Virus record (IMG/VR): IMGVR_UViG_3300025131_000022
Strand: one strand, 5' to 3'
Length of the DNA stretch: 64,000 nucleotides
DNA from: an uncultured virus (IMG/VR IMGVR_UViG_3300025131_000022)
Lineage: Duplodnaviria; Heunggongvirae; Uroviricota; Caudoviricetes
A model generated the notes under the pieces. The model searched no databases. It was given only the letters and a program-made list of their open reading frames with translations, and was not told the origin of the DNA. Shown in pieces: positions 9,022-18,449 of the stretch (position 1 is its first letter; each line of letters starts with the position of its first letter). The translations under genes were made by a program, and so were the position numbers.

Positions 9022-10065
9022 TTATTCAACACTCTCTAATTGGTATTTTAAAGTTTCTAAAATTCTTCTAGTTATTTTATATGGGCATGCATTACTTGCA
9101 GGTCTTCTATCTTCTAAATACCCCTTCCAATTATTTTCAACTGTATGAATTGGTATTCTAATTGATGCTCCTCTATCTGATACTCCGTAGCTAAATTTTT
9201 CAATTGATTGTGTCTCGTGTAATCCCGTTAATCTTTTATCGTTATCACTACCGTAATTATTTATATGGTCTTCATGATAAATCTCTAAGGCTTTACAAAT
9301 ATCTTCCATCATTTCTTTTCCTCCTTCTTCTCTCATTTGTTTATTAGAAAAATTAACATGCATGCCTGACCCATTCCAATCACCTTCTATAGGTTTAGGG
9401 TGAAGTTCTATGGTTACTCCGTGTTGTTCCGTGATTCTATAAAGAAGATATCTACTAATCCATAAATCGTCTGATACTTTCTTAGCTCCCTTACTAAATA
9501 ACTGATATTCCCACTGCCCTAACATAACTTCTGCATTGATTCCTCTGATATCTAATCCTATATTCATACAAGCGTCTAGATGTTGTTCTACAATTTCTCT
9601 GCCTTTTACTCTATCAGCTCCTACACCACAATAATATTTACCTTGTGGTTCTGGATACCCTTCTTTTGGAAACCCTAGAGGTTTTCCGTCTTTCATAAGT
9701 ACGTACTCTTGTTCAAACCCAAACCACCAATCTTCATCATGTCTGGATTTATAAATAGATGTAAACTCAGCTCTTTCATTACTCCTATGTGGACTACCAG
9801 TAGCGTCCCATACTTCACATAATGCAAGATAAGCCCCTACTCTTTGTGGGTCTGTATATACTCTTATTGGTTTTAGTGTACAATCTGAATCAGACCCTAT
9901 TGCTTGTTGTGTTGAACTTCCATCAAATGACCAATCAGGTAAGTCTTCAATGGTAGGAATAGTTAATGTACTTTCTAATTCTACTATTTTGGTTTTACTT
10001 CTTAGAGTTTGTTCGGGTTTCGTACCGTCTAACCAGATATATTCAATTTTTGTTTTAATTTTCAT
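9022..10065 (-). CDS. glnII: Glutamine synthetase type II
   Basis: EYIWLDG, LRSKT, WSFDGSST, GFEQEY, INAEVMLGQWEYQ, DWNGSGMH, DRGASIRIP and GYLEDRRP; 347 aa. Confidence 0.95.
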   Translation of the reverse strand: MKIKTKIEYIWLDGTKPEQTLRSKTKIVELESTLTIPTIEDLPDWSFDGSSTQQAIGSDSDCTLKPIRVYTDPQRVGAYLALCEVWDATGSPHRSNERAEFTSIYKSRHDEDWWFGFEQEYVLMKDGKPLGFPKEGYPEPQGKYYCGVGADRVKGREIVEQHLDACMNIGLDIRGINAEVMLGQWEYQLFSKGAKKVSDDLWISRYLLYRITEQHGVTIELHPKPIEGDWNGSGMHVNFSNKQMREEGGKEMMEDICKALEIYHEDHINNYGSDNDKRLTGLHETQSIEKFSYGVSDRGASIRIPIHTVENNWKGYLEDRRPASNACPYKITRRILETLKYQLESVE

Positions 10066-10216
10066 TTTTATAAATTTTATTAAATAATTTATCTAGATGT
10101 TGTTGTAAATGTTGTACTTCTAATTTACTACCATTATCAACGAGTTTAAGAAGTGTAAGTGCCTCTTGTAACTCTTTTATTTGATTTTTTATTTCTTCGT
10201 TTGTTTCTTTATCCAT
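10055..10216 (-). CDS. Small coiled-coil hypothetical protein (53 aa)
   Basis: My translation MDKETNEEIKNQIKELQEALTLLKLVDNG...; overlaps the glnII start. Confidence 0.5.
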   Translation of the reverse strand: MDKETNEEIKNQIKELQEALTLLKLVDNGSKLEVQHLQQHLDKLFNKIYKNEN

Positions 10217-10233
10217 TTTATATTTATAATAAT

Positions 10234-10569
10234 ATGAATGTTATTTTAGATAATAAAGAAATTCCGTTAGAAATAATGACAACACCCAATGCGATTAGTA
10301 CAGGTATGATGGGTCGAGAGTATTTAGAGGGTGGCATGCTTTTTATATTCCCAGATATCGCAGAACGTTCATTCTGGATGAAAGATTGTTTAATGTCTTT
10401 AGATATAATATTCATAATCGATAATAAAGTTACTAAAGTTCATCGAGATTGTCCACCTTGTAATGAAAATAAATGTAAATCTTATTATGGAATAGGTAAT
10501 AAAGTTTTAGAGGTACCTAGTGGAGAATATAACCTGTCACAGGGAGAGAGGGTAAAGTTTACTGACTAA
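10234..10569 (+). CDS. DUF192 domain protein
   Basis: GMMGR, GMLFIF, FWMKDC, LDIIFI and VLEV motifs; start placed at ATG 10234 after TATTTATA. Confidence 0.85.
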   Translation: MNVILDNKEIPLEIMTTPNAISTGMMGREYLEGGMLFIFPDIAERSFWMKDCLMSLDIIFIIDNKVTKVHRDCPPCNENKCKSYYGIGNKVLEVPSGEYNLSQGERVKFTD

Positions 10570-12001
10570 TCTTTTCTTTAATTTTACTCACCATTTCTTT
10601 CTGAACCCATTTTACAAATTCTACATATCGTGTAGGTTTACTGTCTGCTTTTTTCTTCCAACTACCTTCTGGGTTTCTGGTGGCTCTACTAAAGAAATTA
10701 AGACCACTAATATTTGTTATACACTTATGACCCCCACTATTAGCCTGAATAACGTACCAAGCTGGAACCGTTATTTTATCTAAAACTGTTTTTTGTTTTT
10801 CACTTAAATTATCCCATGGGGTATCTATAATACTAACTGCCATATCATAGTATTGGGAACCTTCTGATGGCATATTTTGTAAGTGGTCTTTATATAGAGC
10901 AAATAAATCTGAAGTTTTAAATCCTATACTATCATACTCCGCTTTTGTTTCACCGATTCTCTTAATAACTGATATCGGTATCATGTGTTCTTTAAGTTGT
11001 GGTTCTATCTCTTTTAATACTTCTTGTGCTATATCTCCCAGATTAACTCCTTTCAGTGCTCTATCTTTCTTAAATGGGTTACAAGAAGCTTGTACTAACC
11101 CCATTGGCCACGCAATTACTAAGAAATCCGCTTCGGGATAAATCTTAAATGGGGTGTATCTATCATAAGAACCTGGTTTAAATAATGCACCACCACCATA
11201 TTGTACAATAATATTACCATCTAATGTAAGGTTTTTACTTTCTTTTTGGGATTTAATGTATTTGGCCTGGTTCTGTGCCATTTCTTCTGGTGAAGCAAAT
11301 CCTTTTTCTTTTGCATATGAAATTATATTTTGGTATATATTCATTAATGATGGTGTAGAGTTCATTACCAGATTTTCTAGGAATCCTGGTTTATTCTTAT
11401 AAGCCAATAATAGTTTATTGGTTAGAAGCCCCAACATCCATTTCTTTTCATATGGTTGGTCACCTTTTTCAAAATCTCTAATCAAGTTCATAACTTGTTC
11501 TGGTTCAATATCGTGTTTTGCGTAGTCTGCAGAATCTACAGTATTAATCATCATAATATCTTCATCAGTAAAAATATCACTCGGACTTATAGTTTGTGAT
11601 ATAGTTTCTACATTCGAACGTGCTCCTCTAAATTGTGTTGATGTTTCGTCTTCTACACCGGATTGTGAGTCATGGTGGTCTGTATGTATTTTAAAACTTG
11701 GTTTTCCGTGTGCAAAATCAACTAGAACTGGCATTACGTCACCACTTGCGTCTGGTTTTTTAACAGAAAATTCTTTATCCCCGTATTGTATCACATGTGA
11801 ACCTATAACATCAATTCCATAACTTTCAAGATAATTTTTCATTCCTAAGGCTGATACCACACCGTCTAAGTCTTGATGGAAATATATCTCAGCCTTAGAG
11901 TACCTGTCTGCTAACTTATTAATATCTCTAATACCACTTTCATTTAGAAGTGTTCCGTTAATATTTTCTAATTGTTGTTCTGTTATCTCTATTTTCATCA
12001 T
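10559..12001 (-). CDS. DHH-family phosphoesterase
   Basis: HQDLDG, VDFAH, TDHH and SGGH motifs; N-terminal MKIEITEQQL tag. Confidence 0.8.
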   Translation of the reverse strand: MMKIEITEQQLENINGTLLNESGIRDINKLADRYSKAEIYFHQDLDGVVSALGMKNYLESYGIDVIGSHVIQYGDKEFSVKKPDASGDVMPVLVDFAHGKPSFKIHTDHHDSQSGVEDETSTQFRGARSNVETISQTISPSDIFTDEDIMMINTVDSADYAKHDIEPEQVMNLIRDFEKGDQPYEKKWMLGLLTNKLLLAYKNKPGFLENLVMNSTPSLMNIYQNIISYAKEKGFASPEEMAQNQAKYIKSQKESKNLTLDGNIIVQYGGGALFKPGSYDRYTPFKIYPEADFLVIAWPMGLVQASCNPFKKDRALKGVNLGDIAQEVLKEIEPQLKEHMIPISVIKRIGETKAEYDSIGFKTSDLFALYKDHLQNMPSEGSQYYDMAVSIIDTPWDNLSEKQKTVLDKITVPAWYVIQANSGGHKCITNISGLNFFSRATRNPEGSWKKKADSKPTRYVEFVKWVQKEMVSKIKEKISQ

Positions 12002-12012
12002 ATATAAATAGT

Positions 12013-12570
12013 TTACAATCCTTCTATAAATCTTTTGTATTCTAATTCCCTTCTAGGTTTATGACCTGGCATACTAACTCTATATGTTTTAATACTTTCT
12101 GCGGCTTTATATAGTTTATTTCTATCAATAGTTTGTGACTTTTTTAATAAAGCTATTACATCTGACCTTCTTATGCCACCTGCTCCACCATTATAAGATA
12201 AGGATAATAAGGCATCAAACATACCTTGTGTTATTAATATATTTAGACCTTCGTCTTCCCACACACTAAAAATCTTTCTTAATTTATCAGCATGATAAGT
12301 AGAATCTTCTCTTAATAACTCATCCGCTTCAATTTTACAATTTTTACCATCTCCTAAAATATCATCTTTTTTAACCCCTTCAGTATGCCCATAACCAATT
12401 GTCCATTTACCATCACCAATATCATAAGCTTTACATTTTAAACTTTCCTCATCTCTAACATGGTCCCAGTACCATTGTGAGGCTCTTAGCTCCGATGCCT
12501 TCTTAAACTGTGATATATCCAATTGTTCTGAAAGTAGTTCTAGTTGTGTTTCTGTAATTATTATACGCAT
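12013..12570 (-). CDS. GH24 phage lysozyme
   Basis: E-x8-D-x5-T triad (EESLKCKAYDIGDGKWTIGYGHT), FDALLSLSYNGG and RRELE; start placed at MRIIITETQL. Confidence 0.9.
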   Translation of the reverse strand: MRIIITETQLELLSEQLDISQFKKASELRASQWYWDHVRDEESLKCKAYDIGDGKWTIGYGHTEGVKKDDILGDGKNCKIEADELLREDSTYHADKLRKIFSVWEDEGLNILITQGMFDALLSLSYNGGAGGIRRSDVIALLKKSQTIDRNKLYKAAESIKTYRVSMPGHKPRRELEYKRFIEGL

Positions 12571-12609
12571 AAAAAAGTCGTTTACAATAAATATAATCAT
12601 AAACGACTT
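12571..12609 (-). terminator. Hairpin plus U-tract enclosing a TATTTAT motif directly before the lysozyme ATG
   Basis: 10-bp arms at 12575-12584 and 12600-12609 (AAGTCGTTTA/TAAACGACTT), then TTTT and ATG on the minus strand. Confidence 0.65.
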
Positions 12610-12699
12610 CCTACATACCGTACTCTCTTATTCTAGACAACTAAGATATCTTTCTCCTCTATCACATAATATGTTAATTCCATTAGTTTTATTAATCAT

Positions 12700-12882
12700 C
12701 TATTTATCCCAAAACAAAAATTCGTTTCCCTTTTTATCATCACCTTTACAAATCTTTTTGCTTGTATAATCTTCAAATATAAATGGCAACCATGCGTGAA
12801 TCAATAATGCTAGTCCACATTTTGTTGCAATCAACCAGTGTTTCCAATATCCAATATTTTTATCTTTTAAGTGTTTAATCAT
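12700..12882 (-). CDS. DUF6356-like small protein
   Basis: HLKD..GYWKHW...LLIHAWLPFIFE..TS pattern. Confidence 0.6.
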   Translation of the reverse strand: MIKHLKDKNIGYWKHWLIATKCGLALLIHAWLPFIFEDYTSKKICKGDDKKGNEFLFWDK

Positions 12883-13310
12883 TAGTCCACTATTTCTACA
12901 CTAAATTTGTCTCCTTGTTGAATTTTTTCTACAATCTCTAACCCTTCTGTTACTTTACCAAAACATGTATGTTGTTTATCTAAATGTTGTGTCCCTTGTC
13001 TGCTATGACAAAGGAAGAATTGTGAACCTCCTGTATTTCTACCAGCATGAGCCATAGATAGGACACCTTTATCGTGGTATTGGTTGCTACCATCTAATTC
13101 ACAATCAATTTTATATCCCGGACCTCCGGCTCCATTTCCATCAGGACAACCACCTTGAGCTACGAAGCCAGGGATTACTCTATGGAAATTAAGGTCTTTA
13201 TAAAAACCATCTTTTGCTAATTTAACAAAATTATTTACTGTATTGGGTGCGTCTTTTTCATAGAACTCTACCACCATAGTTCCTTTATTTGTGTTAATTT
13301 TACCTTTCAT
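12882..13310 (-). CDS. Cyclophilin-type peptidyl-prolyl isomerase
   Basis: [29 protein letters not shown] and [12 protein letters not shown]. Confidence 0.95.
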   Translation of the reverse strand: MKGKINTNKGTMVVEFYEKDAPNTVNNFVKLAKDGFYKDLNFHRVIPGFVAQGGCPDGNGAGGPGYKIDCELDGSNQYHDKGVLSMAHAGRNTGGSQFFLCHSRQGTQHLDKQHTCFGKVTEGLEIVEKIQQGDKFSVEIVD

Positions 13311-13686
13311 TTTTTAATTTATTTATTTCTCTGTTTATATACCAACTTGCTTTTTCCAAGTCTTCTAACATATCTACCTTATTTCCAGCTCGAGATACAT
13401 ATTTTATTGTGTTACCTAAATTAAACCCCAACTTCCATGCTTCTATAACTTTAATAGCCTCATATGGGTTGTCTTCTCCACCGTAATGAGTTGGATGGTC
13501 CACCATTTCATTTTTTCTAGATTCTTTTCTATTAAATTCTATAACTTCTTCTTGTGTTGGGTGTTTATGTCCCGTTAACTCTTCATAATACGGATTTTGT
13601 TCTCCTGTTTGTGGGTCGTGTGTGGGTATATCGTAACCAGGTACAGAGTTAACAGCTGGATTTACCATTTGTTTATTTTTTTTCAT
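13300..13686 (-). CDS. DUF3310 (SaV / T7 gp1.7-like) protein
   Basis: [22 protein letters not shown] and [10 protein letters not shown]. Confidence 0.85.
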   Translation of the reverse strand: MKKNKQMVNPAVNSVPGYDIPTHDPQTGEQNPYYEELTGHKHPTQEEVIEFNRKESRKNEMVDHPTHYGGEDNPYEAIKVIEAWKLGFNLGNTIKYVSRAGNKVDMLEDLEKASWYINREINKLKNER

Positions 13687-14018
13687 TTCTTTTTATTTAT
13701 AAAATCTTTAACTTTTTTATATGGTGAGTTATGTAAAAGTTTATTCTCATATTTTTCATATATATAATTTTTAATTTCTTCTACCTCTACAAAATTACTA
13801 TTACATACACTTACTATTTCTATTTCCGTTTTATCTTCCTCGGGAAATATCAAAACTTCATAACCACTCTTATCACTAATATCTAAGGCAAATTTTTCTA
13901 CGTCTCCCCCAATTCTTAAGGTCGTCGATTTGGATAATTTAACTATCATTAGTGGCCTATACTTTTCTAGTAATAATTCATTTGCTATTCTTTCAGTATT
14001 AGTTATGTCTTTACTCAT
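13683..14018 (-). CDS. Hypothetical protein
   Basis: 111 aa ORF directly after a promoter. Confidence 0.6.
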   Translation of the reverse strand: MSKDITNTERIANELLLEKYRPLMIVKLSKSTTLRIGGDVEKFALDISDKSGYEVLIFPEEDKTEIEIVSVCNSNFVEVEEIKNYIYEKYENKLLHNSPYKKVKDFINKKK

Positions 14019-14021
14019 ACT

Positions 14022-14052
14022 TAAAGTTAATTAATAGTAAAAATATTGTCAA
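14022..14052 (-). promoter_or_regulatory. Early promoter TTGACA-N17-TAACTTTA
   Basis: Intergenic; the -10 hexamer ends 5 nt before ATG 14018. Confidence 0.7.
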
Positions 14053-14067
14053 GATGTGAAGGGAAAT

Positions 14068-14394
14068 TTAATTACGACAGAAAGGAGGGAATCCTTTTAT
14101 GGGTTTATAGAAAACTTTAGAAATATCTCCGTCTTGTAAATATAATCTTGTATGAAGGTCTAATTCTTCAACTACATCTCTAATTACTAATTCAGCCATT
14201 ATCTCCATTAATTGTGGTGGGGATAATGTGGGGTCTCCTATTTTTTTATGATTAATAACTGCTTGTTCCGCTACCATAAAATAAAATTTACTCATATCTA
14301 CCTTATTGGTACCGAACATATCTTTCCTTGCCTCTTTATCTTTCTTAAAGAAATCTTTAAGTTTTTTTACATAAATCTGAATGTCGATATCCAT
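14068..14394 (-). CDS. Hypothetical protein
   Basis: 108 aa ORF preceded by TATTTATA. Confidence 0.65.
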   Translation of the reverse strand: MDIDIQIYVKKLKDFFKKDKEARKDMFGTNKVDMSKFYFMVAEQAVINHKKIGDPTLSPPQLMEIMAELVIRDVVEELDLHTRLYLQDGDISKVFYKPIKGFPPFCRN

Positions 14395-14405
14395 ATTTAT
14401 AAATA

Positions 14406-14690
14406 TCAGCTTAAATTATATTTTTTAATATTTCTTTTGGGTACATAAGATGTTTTATTTTCTTTTTTAAGAATATCATAAATTTTTTGTGCTGCTACTT
14501 TAACATCTTTCAAGTCTCCTTCAATCTTTTTCTTTCCTTTATAAATCATTACTTCAAAAGTACTAGGTGTAGTAGTCACCTTTCCCTGCCATCTCTTACT
14601 AATAGATTGTGTAATTTTTTGTCTTACTTCATAATTCACCATTTTACAAATATGGTGTCCTCTTTTTTCCATCATTGTTTTACTTCCCAT
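14406..14690 (-). CDS. Basic hypothetical protein
   Basis: 94 aa ORF. Confidence 0.6.
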   Translation of the reverse strand: MGSKTMMEKRGHHICKMVNYEVRQKITQSISKRWQGKVTTTPSTFEVMIYKGKKKIEGDLKDVKVAAQKIYDILKKENKTSYVPKRNIKKYNLS

Positions 14691-14709
14691 AATTTTAATT
14701 TATTTTTTA

Positions 14710-14958
14710 TTAGTTAATACTCGTCCAATTAATATTCAGTGACCCACCTGTAAGTACTTGTGCAACTGCTTTTGATTGATAGTCATTTTTTAGGTTTTCT
14801 GCTTCTTCCGTCTTACCAAAAAGTTTTAAGTCTTCATACCTAAAATTATTTTTAATAAATAATTCTAGTTGTTTACCGGACAGGATTAGGTGTACATTTC
14901 TTACCACCCAGTCTTGGAAGTCATATGTGTCCCAGTTTGAATTTTCTTTTGTTTCCAT
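14710..14958 (-). CDS. Hypothetical protein
   Basis: Start placed at METKEN, just after a TACATTTG box at 14963-14970. Confidence 0.6.
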   Translation of the reverse strand: METKENSNWDTYDFQDWVVRNVHLILSGKQLELFIKNNFRYEDLKLFGKTEEAENLKNDYQSKAVAQVLTGGSLNINWTSIN

Positions 14959-14981
14959 AATACAAATGTACAAATTTTTTT

Positions 14982-15353
14982 TTAATCAAACATGCTAGTT
15001 ATGAAAATCTTTTCTTCACTTGTTAACCCACCATACCAACTGTTAAATTCTTCTCCTTTTTTAGTTTGGTAACTTTCTATTAAGTACTTGTAGTTATCCC
15101 CAGAAATTTTACCAAATATATTAGTATCTTCTTTAACATTTCTTTTTGGGTTGGTGAAAAATAACATTCTAACTTTTTCACCTAACTCCATATCGTTTGG
15201 TATTGTATCGACCAAAGATTTAATCTTTTCAATACTTAAAGTTCTTGGGTAGTCTGTTGTGTTCGAGACACTACTAGATGTGTATGCTGTTCCCGCTCCA
15301 TATTCTTTAACTTGTCTTAGTTCGTTTAATGTTCTTTTTTTAATTTTACTCAT
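14982..15353 (-). CDS. Hypothetical protein
   Basis: 123 aa ORF. Confidence 0.6.
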   Translation of the reverse strand: MSKIKKRTLNELRQVKEYGAGTAYTSSSVSNTTDYPRTLSIEKIKSLVDTIPNDMELGEKVRMLFFTNPKRNVKEDTNIFGKISGDNYKYLIESYQTKKGEEFNSWYGGLTSEEKIFITSMFD

Positions 15354-15364
15354 ATTATTTTTAT

Positions 15365-16741
15365 TTAAATTTTCTTTAATTTTATTAATAATTTATTATT
15401 ACCAATTTCAAAAGGTTCTTCAATTAACCTATCGTTAATCTGTTTTTTGATATGATTAAAATTAATATTGGACCAATCTTCTCCTATAAATTTCTCATTA
15501 ATTTTCCCAAAACCATCTTTTCCAATCTTATCCCAATCATCAACACATATTAAACATTCATTTTTAAAATTATTATAAATATGCATTATTTCTTCTTCTA
15601 AAGGAACTTGTTCAACAGCGTTAGGAATTAAACCATCTCCTCTGTGGGCTGTATTTTTTCCCCTCGCATAACTCCACCCTCCTTTCCATTCTGAATTTTC
15701 CCAATCAACATTATCATCTCCACTCCAATGAGCATCCAAGAAAAAAAATACTTTTTTATCTTCTATAGATAAATTTAACTCACGAATTAAACCACCATCT
15801 AAAATCTTAGAACTATCTCCTAAATGACATACCACATTTTTATTATTTTTAAATCTTCTTTCCGCAACTTTAAATAACCCTTCATCTAATTCTATAGTAT
15901 GAACCTTATTAAAATGTCTTATTAGAAATTTTGTAGTATCACCTAAATATGTACCAGTTTCAACAGCGGTTGTGTAATCCTTACCTATGTAAGGTAAAAT
16001 TTCTCCCCAATTACCACCTTCAAATTCAGAATTAGAAGGTATTTCTGCTTCTATCTTACTTGGTGGTGTGTCATGTGTAGTATTATTTTTATTAATATCT
16101 GCATCAAAAAAGAACATGTGCCATAACCTACCTGTAGCTATACTATGTCCAAAATACCCACATGAACTGTGGATAGCACGACCATCAAAAATAACCATTC
16201 TATTGTATACATTACCCATCACATCAATATCTTCATATAAGGTCCCATCACAAAAAGTTTCCTGTTGGGGGAAATAATCTAAGACATTGTCGCTTTGGGA
16301 TGAATGATATATTTTTGATTTTTTATTTGCGACAATTTTAGTCCCTGTTTCAAAAGGGGCGTCTGGTGTTAAAAATACCATAGCAGCCCACTGTTGGGCA
16401 TCACAATGATAGACTTGGGGTGGTATACCATCTCTTCCTCCAAACCCAGCTTGAAATACTCCACAAATAGAATAAACATCAGCCCAATTTGTAATTTTGG
16501 CACCCATTATAGATTCAATTTTTTCTTTTACACCATCAAATATAAATTGTTTTCTAGTTCTCCAACCAACACCACCATGTCCATCCTCCCAATAGTTTTG
16601 ATTTAACGCATAATTTCTAACCTCATCTGGGTTTTCGTAAAAATTGTCTACGGTCCACACCCTCTTATTGGGGGTTGGGTTCGTTTTAAATTCATTTGAT
16701 TCTATTACTCCCCAATCCGAATCTATATTACTATCTTTCAT
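15365..16741 (-). CDS. Fusion of a DUF6445-like 2OG-Fe(II) oxygenase and a class I SAM methyltransferase-like domain
   Basis: N-half VDNFYENPDEVR, YHCD, NVYNRMVIFDG..IH, RL..MFFFD; C-half VETGTYLGDT, TIELD, GDS, FFLDAH, DD. Confidence 0.75.
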   Translation of the reverse strand: MKDSNIDSDWGVIESNEFKTNPTPNKRVWTVDNFYENPDEVRNYALNQNYWEDGHGGVGWRTRKQFIFDGVKEKIESIMGAKITNWADVYSICGVFQAGFGGRDGIPPQVYHCDAQQWAAMVFLTPDAPFETGTKIVANKKSKIYHSSQSDNVLDYFPQQETFCDGTLYEDIDVMGNVYNRMVIFDGRAIHSSCGYFGHSIATGRLWHMFFFDADINKNNTTHDTPPSKIEAEIPSNSEFEGGNWGEILPYIGKDYTTAVETGTYLGDTTKFLIRHFNKVHTIELDEGLFKVAERRFKNNKNVVCHLGDSSKILDGGLIRELNLSIEDKKVFFFLDAHWSGDDNVDWENSEWKGGWSYARGKNTAHRGDGLIPNAVEQVPLEEEIMHIYNNFKNECLICVDDWDKIGKDGFGKINEKFIGEDWSNINFNHIKKQINDRLIEEPFEIGNNKLLIKLKKI

Positions 16742-16742
16742 A

Positions 16743-16961
16743 TTATTTTTTTGTTTTTATTAATCCTTCATTTATTTTATTTACCTTCTTAATTAGGGTT
16801 TTCTCCATGGATATTATTGTTTTTTCTAGGTTTAAGATTTGTTTCTCTACCTCTAGTATAATCTCTCTTTGTTTTCTTGATGATTTTGCTTCCAAAATTA
16901 ACCAGGCAAAAGCTATGATTTCTACAATAAATAAAGATATTAGTAATGTTTTCTCAATCAT
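16743..16961 (-). CDS. Small TM plus coiled-coil protein
   Basis: Start at MIEKTLL gives an ATGA overlap with the upstream stop. Confidence 0.5.
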   Translation of the reverse strand: MIEKTLLISLFIVEIIAFAWLILEAKSSRKQREIILEVEKQILNLEKTIISMEKTLIKKVNKINEGLIKTKK

Positions 16962-18133
16962 CTTCCAACCTCTTTTATATATTTCTCTTGTGTATCCTCC
17001 CAAGATAAATCAATTACATCCCAATAAAATAATTGTTCTGGTTTAATTCTGTCTTGGTCATACATATTTTTATATCTTCTAACCGCTTTTTTCTTCCACC
17101 ATCTTTCAGTATATGGTACGTCTTCTTCAAATTTTTGTTTTAATTTTAAAGCTTTTTCTTCTATCTCCCCTCTCAAGAATTCATTACCATTTTCATACAT
17201 CATTGCAATATAAACCCCTCTCTTGAACCCGTGGTCATATTGTGAAGGTTTTATACCACAATGCTTAAAAACCTTGTTAATGACATTCTGTTTAGGCCCT
17301 GTAGCGTTTATTGCTTTCTTATGTTCTTCTGGATGGTTTTCTTTTAACCAAGTATTCCAGGGTAAATAAACCTCATCATCTGGTTTTAATCTAACTTGCC
17401 CTGTAGTCTCTCCAAGTGTTTTAAAATGAGGCATTCCGTTGTACATTGAGTGTACTCCATATAATGATGTGGTTCCTACTGCAATTAATTTATCTCCATA
17501 TTTTTCTTCCCATGCATCTCTAATAACCTTACATGTAGTTAATGCAGCAATTAATTTACCCATTAACATATTATAACCACCTGGTTGTGTACTACATATA
17601 GTGGTAGCAATTGCTGTACAATTTAATTTATGTTGGTCGAATTTATTAACTTTATCCCACCCTATATAGGCATCTCTTACTTTAATACTGGTAACGTCAG
17701 ACCCCAAACAAATCAATCCTAGGACTTTATCCGTTTTCCTATCTCTAACCCAGAATTTCATATTTCTTCCCGGATTTGCAACCCATTCCATTGTATGGAT
17801 AAGTTTACGATAGTTTACCCATTCAGTAACACCTTTTCCTGGTTCTGCTAGTTCTACATAAGGCTCTAAGTCTTCAATTTGTTTTATAGTCTTTTCTAAA
17901 TTATCTAAATCTGATGGTAACCATAGATTATATCGGTATGTGTATAATTTGTTCTTTATCTTGGCCATCTTACCACCCTTATTCATTTCTTGCCACTTTT
18001 TATAAAGTGTTTGTTCTTCTACAGACATTTCTTTAAGCATGTCTAAATTATCGATGAGTTTTTGTTTTGCCTCGTCAAAATTGAAGGTCCCTTGTTCTTT
18101 TATATTGTCAAATAATGTCATTTGTGTGTTCAT
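16958..18133 (-). CDS. DUF4338 / Druantia DruA-like protein
   Basis: PGRN, LGLICLGSD, GYNMLMGKLIAAL, TTSLYG..SMYNG and LGETTG. Confidence 0.75.
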   Translation of the reverse strand: MNTQMTLFDNIKEQGTFNFDEAKQKLIDNLDMLKEMSVEEQTLYKKWQEMNKGGKMAKIKNKLYTYRYNLWLPSDLDNLEKTIKQIEDLEPYVELAEPGKGVTEWVNYRKLIHTMEWVANPGRNMKFWVRDRKTDKVLGLICLGSDVTSIKVRDAYIGWDKVNKFDQHKLNCTAIATTICSTQPGGYNMLMGKLIAALTTCKVIRDAWEEKYGDKLIAVGTTSLYGVHSMYNGMPHFKTLGETTGQVRLKPDDEVYLPWNTWLKENHPEEHKKAINATGPKQNVINKVFKHCGIKPSQYDHGFKRGVYIAMMYENGNEFLRGEIEEKALKLKQKFEEDVPYTERWWKKKAVRRYKNMYDQDRIKPEQLFYWDVIDLSWEDTQEKYIKEVGR

Positions 18134-18137
18134 GTTA

Positions 18138-18205
18138 TAATAATAAAAATATTTATGTGTTATTTCAAGTTTTGTTGACTTCTATCCCCCATATATTTAT
18201 GCTTA
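18138..18205. promoter_or_regulatory. Divergent early promoters
   Basis: Minus strand TTGAAA-N17-TATTAT (18168 to 18140); plus strand TTGACT-N17-TATGCT (18175-18203), overlapping a TATTTAT motif. Confidence 0.6.
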
Positions 18206-18215
18206 AAGAAAAACT

Positions 18216-18449
18216 ATGGCCTGTAAAAATTGTAAATCTGCTAAATCAATGGAAACTTTAAATCACCTGTTGTCAAATCCCCCTGTTTTCGATAGTGAGA
18301 AAAATAAAGAGCGACTTATTAAAAACGTATGGGATAAAACTGGGGGTAAACTTAAGATGAGTGAGCGGTTAATTCTCCTTATCTTGTGCTGGTTTCCATT
18401 AATTATAGGTTATATAACTATAGTTAGATTTCTCATTTCTATATTTTAA
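18216..18449 (+). CDS. Small membrane protein with N-terminal CxxC
   Basis: MACKNCK...; C-terminal hydrophobic helix; own promoter. Confidence 0.6.
   Translation: MACKNCKSAKSMETLNHLLSNPPVFDSEKNKERLIKNVWDKTGGKLKMSERLILLILCWFPLIIGYITIVRFLISIF

Noticed and set aside
10066..10220. Possible cobalamin riboswitch upstream of the glnII-DUF6580-BtuG run
   Set aside because: The gap is filled by a 53 aa ORF and shows no B12-box-like sequence
12630..12699. 23-codon ORF MINKTNGINILCDRGERYLSCLE on the minus strand
   Set aside because: Too short, with no supporting motif
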